DNA of 64,000 nucleotides from the human T2T-CHM13v2.0 reference genome, Homo sapiens. Below are positions 54,262-64,000 of the stretch, one piece after another. The stretch's first letter is position 1. Each line of letters begins with the position of its first letter. A program made the translations under genes and the position numbers. The notes under the pieces are model-generated. The model was not told the DNA's origin, made no database searches, and saw only the letters and a list, made by a program, of their open reading frames with translations. Where the stretch lies: NCBI RefSeq assembly GCF_009914755.1, contig NC_060931.1. One strand, given 5' to 3'.

Positions 54262-55839
54262 AAACCCTATTTGTTTTTCGCTTCCATCTGCTTTCCTTTT
54301 CCAGTTACTTCATTCTAATTGGTGTTCCTTTCCTACTTCTGGGTTCGTACCTCCCTTCTCATTACTGCTGTGACACATTCTCCCTCTACTGACTGGCAGG
54401 CCTGCCCTTCTCCCTGGTGACTGTTCAGGCAGGCCTTAGTGACCACGTGTGTTCACCCTAACCATAGACTTGACCCTTCTGCTTCAAACCCCATTGGAAA
54501 TTGGCATTTCCTTGCTATTCTGAAAGATGGGAATGGGAATTTGGATTTGAGAGAACTGTAATAGAGCTCTGACACCTTCCTAGAGTCTGGGTGGCAGACT
54601 GGGTTCTGACTGGGACCAGATTCCACTTGTCCTTCCTCCTGGCAGGGTGTGTGTTAACTTCAGGGAGCCCAAGTCATTGTAACTCGTGTGCACAGACAAC
54701 TAGAATCTGTGCCCAAGATGGGTCAGTGAGTCTCGAGTGATGATTCAAATTCATTTTCTTGCCAGGCAAACAAAATCTCTGACTTGCCTGGACTCCCTGT
54801 GAAGCTAGCTGCAGCTGCCAGTGCTGGTCTGTGGTGGCCCCAGGCTATGGGATTTGAACAGCTGCCTGCTAACAGCACCACCTCCTCTCCCGGATTTATC
54901 TTGCACCATTGCGCCCACAGCTGGGCCTGTGCAGAATGTACAGCATGATGCTGATGCTGTTCAGGCTGCCAGCCCATTGGAAGCACAGCAAATGACTTCT
55001 ATTTATAGAGAAGGCATTCCTGGGCCACACACAGCACTCTTGGCCTGCTGAGAAGTCGGCCAAGTCCCTGACAGACACCAAGGGGCAAGACTGCAAGCCT
55101 CCTCTGCCAGAGAAGGCATTGTTCTGTCGCACACAATGGTAGAGCGGCCCTGGCATGATGTCAGATGAGTTGACAGTAGCAGCAGCTGCCTGTACGTTCC
55201 CTCTCCTCGTTTACAGCTGAGCTCTGCCAAACCCAGGGAGCAGTCCGGAGTTTTAGGTTTGGATTTTGGAAAATGAATTGCACCAAGAGGCCAGGACCGT
55301 CTTGCTTCAGTTGGCTTAGTAAGGAAATGGCCACAAGCCATAGGTGGTAATTTAGCAGTGGCTGCCTGAGTCGTTAGGGGAATGTAACCACAAAAGGCAG
55401 TAGAACGGGCAGCCAGGGCCATTGCAGGGCACAGTCACAGTGGCTGGCCAGGAGGTCTGATGGGGAGGCCTTTCCTTCCTGAAGACCCAGCCTCCCCTGG
55501 AATCCTCCCATTTCCCGAGGCCTAGCTGGTGGCACCCAAAACCCACGAGAGAGCTGCAACAGAGAGCTGGGCTGTCTCAGGTAAATGCAGGAAGGGCTAC
55601 CCCTCTGTGGGTGAGTGATACTAGCTTCTTTAGGCAGCCTTTAGGTTCCCATTCATTAGTTAACTCTGGCTATACCTGAGAAGACAGAGTAACCAGCCTG
55701 GTGGTTGAGTGTACACTGTAGAGAAATACAGAGCCAGCCTTAGTCCCAGCTCCACCACTTGCTAGCTGTGGGGCTCTGAGCTAGTTAATTCAATTTGTCC
55801 AGTCCTCAGATTTTCCACTAGTAATTTGGGATTAAATAA

Positions 55840-56510
55840 CCCGATAAGAAAATGAACCAAGGACACAGAGAGGCAATTCATAGAATAAAAAATACAAGTG
55901 GACAATAAATATATGAAAATGTGTTCAAGCTCTCTAGCTGTTAGAGAACTGCAAATTAAAATAAGGCCTCATTCCTGGCAAATGTTACAAGATTGATAAT
56001 GCCCAGCACTGGCACGGAGGCGTTGGCACACACTATTGGTGGGAACGTAAATTGGCTCGGTCACATTAAAAGATCATTTCTCAGTCTCTATAAAGATTTT
56101 ATGTGCAAACCCTTTGACTTCACAATCCCACTTCTCAAAATCTATCCTGGAGAAATAATTGCATGTTATGGATATAGTGGTCAGTGTAAAATTGCTGGTA
56201 ATCTTAAATAAAAGGACAGAAAAAGAAAAAGGAAAGAATAGCAGAAAGCCCAAGTCATGAGCATGTAATTGCAGGTAGAGCTACAGGTTCTGAAATGGGA
56301 ACAACTCCAATATACATGGTTATCTGGAAAGAATATATCAGGGGAACAATACACGTAGGCCAATCACATTATATTAAAAAATGTATATTTTCGTTTTTCT
56401 AAGTAAGGCCATGGAAAAGGTCCAGGAGGCTGCACTTTCCACTGTGCACAGTGGTTACCTCTGGGTGAGGACAGTCGGAGGGAGGGAGGGAGACTTTCAT
56501 TTTTTACTCC
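55840..56510 (+). mobile_element. Old L1M 3' fragment
   Basis: aaatatatgaaaatgtgttca...ggtgggaacgtaaattgg...ctttgacttcacaatcccactt. Confidence 0.6.
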
Positions 56511-56515
56511 ATATA

Positions 56516-56894
56516 CAGATGCCCCTCAACTTCATAAGCAAAAATGTCATAAGTCACAATGCATTTAACCAACCTGCCAAACATCATAGCTTAGCCCAGC
56601 CTACCTTAAACATGCTCAGAACACTTACATTAACCTACTCCTGGGCAACATCATCTCACACAAAGGCTATTTTGTAATAAAGTGCTGAATAGCTCATGTA
56701 ATTTATCGAATACAGCACACTGTAAGGTGTCACTTGTTTACCCTCATGATCGCGTGGCTGACTTGGCAGCTGAAATCTTACCACATAGCGCTAGCCCGGG
56801 AAAAGATCAAAATTCAGAATTCAGAGACGTGCATTGCTTTTGCACCATTTTAAAGTCGAAAAAATCATAAGTTGAACTATTGTAAGACCATCTG
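56516..56894 (+). mobile_element. MER47B-like Tigger MITE
   Basis: TA-CAGATG...catcatagcttagcccagcctaccttaaacatgctcagaac...CATCTG-TA. Confidence 0.85.
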
Positions 56895-57734
56895 TACTCT
56901 ATATACTTACATCTGTATTTTTGCATTTTTTACAATATACACTGTAAGGTTATTGTTGTCCTCTATCATCCCAGTTTCTTGTAAAGCTGTCAGAACTAGA
57001 CTGAATTGGGGAAGGCTGCAGCTGGAGCAGAGTGCACAGGAAATACCAGGCATTCAGATTTGGACGTGTTAAATGTCAGGCGCCCATTAGAATCTTAAGT
57101 GGAGATGCTGAGCAGGCAGATGGATTGAAGAGTTTGCAGTTTGGAAAGGAGATCCGGGTTGGAGAACCACATTTGAAGACAAGTCCCCTAGGATGTATGG
57201 GCATGAGGAGGAGAGTCCCATTAATAAGATAGGGTGGGGCCCAGAGCCAAGTGTGTGGGCACCCAAGCCCTGGATTCCAATGTCTTTAACACAAATCAGT
57301 TTCTGCTACGAATCTAAACAACTATAGGGTCCTAACTGATTCTTCCTACACACCGGTATCACTGGCACCTATAAAAAACTCCTTGTGTCTTATTTTTAGC
57401 ACTGCTCCTTGCTTTTCCTTTGAATGTCCAGCTTGGTCTGGCTGAACTGCTTTGGTGGTCTCTGGGTTTCCCAACTTCGCCTTCCGTTGACGTCCTGTCT
57501 GAATCCCCCTTCTGCAAGCTTCATGGCTGCAGAGAAGCCCTGCCAACTCCTGAGTAACTCCGCCCATCCCTCACTCTATTCTTCAAGCTCCAACCCAGGA
57601 CAACTGCAACATGTGTATAGTCTTTCACACAGTTGCTCATTTAATTCCCAAGAGGCAGATATATTATTAGCATCACTTTTACTATTATCCTGCCCTCTTG
57701 ACAGATGAGAAAACTGAGTGTTGTGTGGTGGGAA

Positions 57735-58565
57735 GTGTCTTATCTTCCACTAGAGTCTAGCAAACTACCATAAACTTAGCAACTTGAAACAGCCCATACT
57801 GGAGCCGAGTAACGTAGCTCATGCCTGTAATCCTGACAGTTTGGGAGGCCAGGGCAGGAAGATCACTTGAGGCTAGGAGTTCAAGACCAGCCTGAGCAAT
57901 ATAGCAACACCCCATCTCTACAAAAAATTTTAAAAAATTAGCCGGGCATGTGCCTATAGTCCCAGCTACTCTGGAGGCTGAGGCTTGAGCCTAGGAGCTT
58001 GAGGCTGCAGTGAGCTATGATTGCCACCGCACTACAGCCTGGGCAACAGGGTAAGAAAAAGAAAATACAACAACAACAGCAAAAACACATTTATTATCTC
58101 ACAGTTTCTGTGCCTCAGGAATCTGGGTGTGTCTCTGCAGAATCCTCTGCTTCAGGGTCTCTTATGAGGCTGCAGTCCAGGTGTCAGCTAGGGCTGGGGG
58201 CTCATCTGGAAGCTCAGCCGGGCAAGGACCTGCCTCTAAGGCATTCCGCAGTTGACAGAATTCAGTTCCATCTGAGCAGTTAGACCAAGGGCCTCAGTTC
58301 CTGCCAGCTGTTGGCTGGAGGTCACTGTCAGTTCCTTGCCACATGGGCCTGCTTACTTTATCAATGTGTGTGACCCGAGAAGGCAATAAAGAATCTGCTT
58401 GTAAGGGAGGCTACAATCTCTTGAAACCTAATCTTAGAAGTGACACCCTGTCACCTTTGGTTAGAAGCAAGTTGCTAGGCCAGCCCACACTTGGGAGGCA
58501 CCCCCACTACACAGGGTGTGAACACAAGGAGCAGGTCACCAGCCATCCCAGTGTCAACCCACACA
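57735..58565 (-). mobile_element. MLT1-type LTR split by an Alu
   Basis: caaactaccataaacttagcaacttgaaac [Alu] acacatttattatctcacagtttctg... Confidence 0.7.
57803..58085 (+). mobile_element. AluJ with internal deletions
   Basis: Diverged dimer with a CAA-patterned tail. Confidence 0.85.
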
Positions 58566-59998
58566 GGACATAACACGTGGGATTTGGGCACAGGCATGTC
58601 GACCTCCAATGCTTGGCTGCTTCCTTCTATGCAATCCTGGATCCTCCATGATTGTGCTCTGCTGTGGCCTGAACAAAAAGGGAACGATGATAGTTCTTTC
58701 TTCATGTGACTCTACTAAGTACTCTTTTAGCCAGGGAAGTTGAGTAATCTGGTTTTAACAATAGAAAAGTGGGACTTGCAAATTAGCATGGGTTTCCAAA
58801 ACGGAATGCAATTTAAAGCTGAGAAGCTGAAGTGATAAATGGAGGAACAGTGTTCTGTCTATAAAAGCAGCTGATAAAAATGCCTGTCACCTTTCAAACC
58901 AGTCCTGCACCCCAGAGACCACAGGTAAATCATCTCTCTCTACCCAGACCTGCAAACTGTCCATGTATGTAACACTGCCACTGCAGGGAAGGAGGCGGGC
59001 CAGAGGAGCAGGAGAGAGCCAGCCACCACCTCACCAGCCTTCTGTGTGAGTTGCCTTCTCCCAAGTCCTTTGAGTGGAGACAGCCCAGTCCCTGATCAAC
59101 AAAGTGCCCTGCAGTGACAGCTGGGAAAGATGGCAGGTGTCAGCCTTCTCGCCCCATCTCTGCCACCACTGCTCCCTGAAAACTTCTCGCAGGGATGATT
59201 CCAGTGTTGTGGCTTCTCGGCAACCCAGCTTCAGTCTCGGGCACCCCTCTTCTCCCAAGCCTGTTTCTCAGCCTGCCACTGAGTAGACTCTCTTTTCAGT
59301 GCTCCTCAGAAGAGTTACTCCAGTTCCCAGGAGCACCCCGATTCATCTCCTCAACTGGGACTTTCTATCTCTAGCTCGACCCCAAACTGTATATTGATTT
59401 AATTAATATTTATTGAAAACTTACTAAAGGCCATATATATCCTTCTAAAGCACTGAAAAACATATTCCTTATACATGGGTATGTATGTACATAAATACCT
59501 ATAACATAGAGGCTAACAGCATGGTTTTAAAATTAGATCTCGTCATTTAGTAACAGTGAACTTTACTTTGGCAGGTTACTCTAACTTTCTGAGTCCCAGT
59601 TTCCTTTTCTGTAATGTGGACATCATTTTTCCTACCTCAAAGGATCAGTGTGAGAAGAAAGTGAAATACTAATTTGTGTGTGGCACTTAGCACTGTGCCT
59701 AAAACATAATAAATACTTAATAGCACTTCTGTGTAATCAGCACAGGACAGACCATTCCCGAAGATTCCCGCTCCCACCAAATCATAGGCTCTTAGAAGGC
59801 TAAAACCACAGCTGTCTTGTTCACCCTTATATCCCCAGTACCTGGCATAATGCCTGGCACATGGAAAGTGCTTAATAAACGTTTCTGCAATGAGCTAATA
59901 AGTGAATAAGTAATACTGCAGTTAATGACAAAAATATTTATCTGGTGCAACTTTCCAAGGAGCTTAAAGATCTCTCAATATTATTTAATTTGGTTTTA

Positions 59999-60338
<340 letters not shown>

Positions 60339-61488
60339 AAAGTTCACCTAGGATGGCAAGTAAAAGGTTTGACCATTTACTTAGGCCTTTGACCAAGGTG
60401 TAAAGGACTAAACTTGACTTGCCTAAAACCATGCAATAAATCTGGTTATAGGTTGGCATGGCTACAGGGTTGGCATTTGGATTCTTGTACTCATAGCTCC
60501 CTACTCCTACATATCTAGTGTATTGAGACCATCTTCCTAGCCTGACTGACTTGCCCATAGAGAAAAGCCCCTCTGAACTCCAAAATCTGAGGACTTTCTA
60601 ATTCTTTGTGACCATGACTCACTTTGTAAGGAACCAATAAGTTGTCCCAGGCCTTGGTGCTGAGCAAATGGTGGAGCAGAAGCCAGCTGCCTGCTGTCCA
60701 TTAGTCCAAAAGTGGGATCTGACATCTCTGCAGAGTCCGTCCAGCACCCTAGGGTTGATTTCCCTGGGGGTGTTGTTAGCCACTCAGGATGACCAGCAGC
60801 CATTCCTGGAGAATGAGAACAAATCTCAGAATCATGTGATCTGTCTCTAGTCCCAGCTCCACTAGCTGTGTGACCTTGGACAAGTTACTTAACTTCTTTT
60901 CACTTTCATTTTCTCATCTGAAAAGAAGGGGAAGTAACACCTTGTAAGGACTGAATAATATGATGTCTGACAAAAGGCACCGTGCCCAGCACAATTCCCA
61001 GAGACTGTTTGTGGAGTTTGGATCTGAATGCAGGGCTGGCGTTAATCATCCTTTGTGGGGAGCAGCCCAGGAAAATCTTCTGGTCCCCTGTTTCCCTCTC
61101 ATAGTCCAGTCCAATTCCCATTGGCACTTTGGGGAAGGCAGTGATTTTCAAGATTTATCTCAGAGCAGAACTCTTTTGTCAAGCAAACTTAACATGGAAT
61201 GGAACGGAACGGAAGTATATAAAACTGATAAAGCTGAGCTCACTTGTCAAAGCAGGGCTGGGGACAACCTAGATCTCTCTTTGTGATTTGCCCCTCCTCA
61301 TTTTGCAGTGGCCTCCAATATAACTCCATGAGCCCCCAGGCTTCCCAGAACTTGGATGGAACACAACTCAACTAAAGTAGTATTCTAGATGGTCTCTGTC
61401 AAATTAGTAACAATATCAACACATTATTATAACATAAATGCTAGCTATAATTTATTATTATTATTATTACTACAGCTAACATTTACTA

Positions 61489-61675
61489 CAGTGGTTCTCA
61501 AGCTTTAGCTTACATCAGAATCACCTGGAAACCTGATTAAAACACAGATTAATGGACCTCACCCCCAGAGTTTCTGATTCAAAAGCTAGCGTGGAGCCGA
61601 GAATCTGCATTTCTAACACATAACTAACTAGTGATGGTGATGCTGGAGTGTGGGAAGACACTCTGAGAACTGATG
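61489..61675 (-). mobile_element. MER5A inserted in a MIR
   Basis: CAGTGGTTCTCAAGCTT...catcagaatcacctgg...cccccagagtttctgattc...TGAGAAC. Confidence 0.8.
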
Positions 61676-63028
61676 ATTTACTGTGAGCTAAGTGCTAAGC
61701 ATTCTACGTGGAGACTGCTTTTAATGCTCATAACCACACGATGAGATAGGTATTGAACTATTTACATCCTTTTACAGATGAGGAAACTAAAAGTCTAAGT
61801 AACTTGCTCCAGGTCTTAGTTACTAAGTGGCAGATTCCAACCCAGGTCTGACTCCAAAGTCCTCACTCCTAACCATGATGTTAAAATGTTAAAATGGAAG
61901 CCTATTATAAGGAATAGGTCCACTTATTTGCATTCATTAACCAGCATAAATAAGTTCATGTAATGAACTGGCTCTGAGAGAAAGGGTTCTAAGGTAGTTG
62001 AGGTTTGATGAAGAATAGAACAACCAAACAAATCAGGAAGGTTTGAGTAACAGGCCATTGCTTATCATAGTCTGCAAGGTATCTCAAGAATTTGACCAAG
62101 AGAGACAGTGCTTGTGACAAAAGATAGAAAAGCTGGTCAAAAAGACAAATTTCACTTTATTCATTATTCATGTAGTCACTAGTTTATAAAATGCTTATTG
62201 AATATGTACTATAAGGTGGGGGCTGTTTGGTGCTGAAGATATGAGGGAGAGTAAAAGTAGACAGGGTTCATGACCCTCAAAGCTTACAGACCCCTCAAAG
62301 CAACAATATTAAGCTTAGTAACAATTTTGCCCAAGTCGTGAAATCTTGACATTCAGCTTTGGCCACATGGTTCTGTCAGGTCCCAGCTCTTTTGGTTCTG
62401 ACTCTTCTGGATCTTATTATCTTGTATTTTTCACTCTATCTGTTGACCTAATGTATTTCCATTCTGATGTGTGCAGTTCAGCACAATCCTGACATCATGA
62501 ACTTAAAAGCCTGCCTTGTTAATAGATTTTATTTTTTGAATGTTGACTATGGACAGGATTTGGCTTGCGTGTGATAATTGGTAACCATATGACTAATAGG
62601 AGGAGGTTTTATAATTGGTCTGCTCTTGTATTCTTACTCATCACTGCTAATTACCCAGTGTGTCTGATATGCCAGATGGATATTTAATAAATGGTCTAAT
62701 GATTGGATCTGAAATAACATATTCAGGTTCAAGAGAACCATGGTCCTGGGAGGGAGGTCACACAGTTCTCCATTCTGCCATCCAGCACCGTTGCTTTTAG
62801 ATGAAGTTTGATGAGGCTGAATTAGATCCTGACAATTGTATGGCATTTTTGTTTAATTCCAAGGAAATTTTCTTTCATGGGCTTACCATGATTTCTATGG
62901 AAACTCATTTTGGGGAAAATCCTCAGTCTGACTTGTTCCAAGTTGGATTTACTTACTCTGGCAAAGTTATGACCTATTAAAAAGTGCTAATGGAGACAAC
63001 TGAGAAGCTAAGTTTCAGGGAACCGTGT

Positions 63029-63426
63029 TGTCTTAGTCTGCTTTGTGTTACTGTAAGAGAATACTTGAGACTGGATGATTTACACAGAGAGCTGGCATCT
63101 GCTCAGCTGCTGGTGAGGGCTTTCATGCTGCGTCACAACATGGCGGAAGGTCAAAGGGGAAGCGGAAATGCGCCAAGGGGCAAAATCCAAGGGGTGTCCT
63201 GGCTTGATACCAATGCACTCTTGTAGGAACGAATCCCTTTCCTGATCCAGCCTTCCCAGAATGAGATTTCACTGTCTACTGCAGTTACAGCACCAAGGTA
63301 TTTGTAAGGCATCTGCCCCCATGACCCAAACACCTCCTGCTAGGCCTCACCTCCCAACACTACCCCACTGGGAATCAAATGTCAACATCACTTTTGGTGA
63401 GGACAAACTATATCCAAACCATAGCA
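63029..63426 (-). mobile_element. MST (MaLR) solo LTR
   Basis: TGTCTTAGTC...CCAAACCATAGCA; near-TSD cgtgt/catgt. Confidence 0.85.
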
Positions 63427-64000
63427 CATGTGAAGGAAAAAGGAAAGAAAAAGGGAGGGAAGAATAGAAAGACTGTAGTAAGAAATCCATGATCGGTGCG
63501 AAACATGGAGTTTTCACAACGAGCTAAAGAAACACTATAGGCTGTCTCCTAGAGACACACATTTCTGCCATCTAATCTGCAGATTTGTTTACATTAAAAA
63601 ACAAGACTAAATTTAAGCTTCAAAGTAAAAGCTCAACATTTAGGGAGACATACGGGCTGTTTGCTTTGAATGAGGGGCAGGAGCCAGCCTTCTCCGAATT
63701 GGCCCAGAGAAAATTTTTGAAACACAGAAATGTAATAATAGCTGGCACATGGGATGTGTGGAATGAAATCAGCACTTTCAAAAAGAAAAGAATGAAGAGA
63801 ATAATAATAATAAGCCAATGCATTCAGTTCTTTTGGTTAATGTCAAATTTTACTCACCAATCTTAACAGATCTACTAGTGATTACTCTTATTTGGGTATT
63901 TCCACTGGAAAATTATCCAGTTTGTGAAAAGTCTCAGTCATTTGTTATGAAGAACACAGCTTTCATTTTGTCCCAAAATTAGATGGGACTGAATTACCCC

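Overview
This is primate (almost certainly human) genomic DNA: Alu, L1, L2, MIR, MaLR LTRs and hAT/Tigger MITEs are all present. The window holds the complete MTURN (maturin, C7orf41) gene on the + strand. It has a CpG-island promoter (~16.2-18.2 kb), three phase-0 coding exons (16788-16949, 27862-27984, 39124-39234; 131 aa) and a ~5.2 kb 3'UTR ending at an ATTAAA signal at 44428. A processed RPS27 pseudogene lies at ~49.4-49.75 kb. The most interesting unexplained signal is a repeat-poor 10 kb block downstream of MTURN (~45.6-55.4 kb). On the - strand it carries a chain of phase-compatible exon-like segments with mostly canonical splice sites, long open stretches and a C-terminal Ser/Thr-rich stalk plus hydrophobic tail. 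I read this as a candidate degenerate multi-exon (unitary) pseudogene of an unidentified surface protein, tail-to-tail with MTURN; this is inference and needs a cross-species search. Other notable structure includes two perfect 23-bp inverted repeats (one in the 3'UTR), a MER5A whose centre is replaced by a copy of nearby DNA, a start-stop uAUG and a G-quadruplex in the 5' leader, and a candidate alternative/poison exon with a TAATG stop-start overlap. Repeat subfamily names and boundaries are assigned by eye and are approximate.
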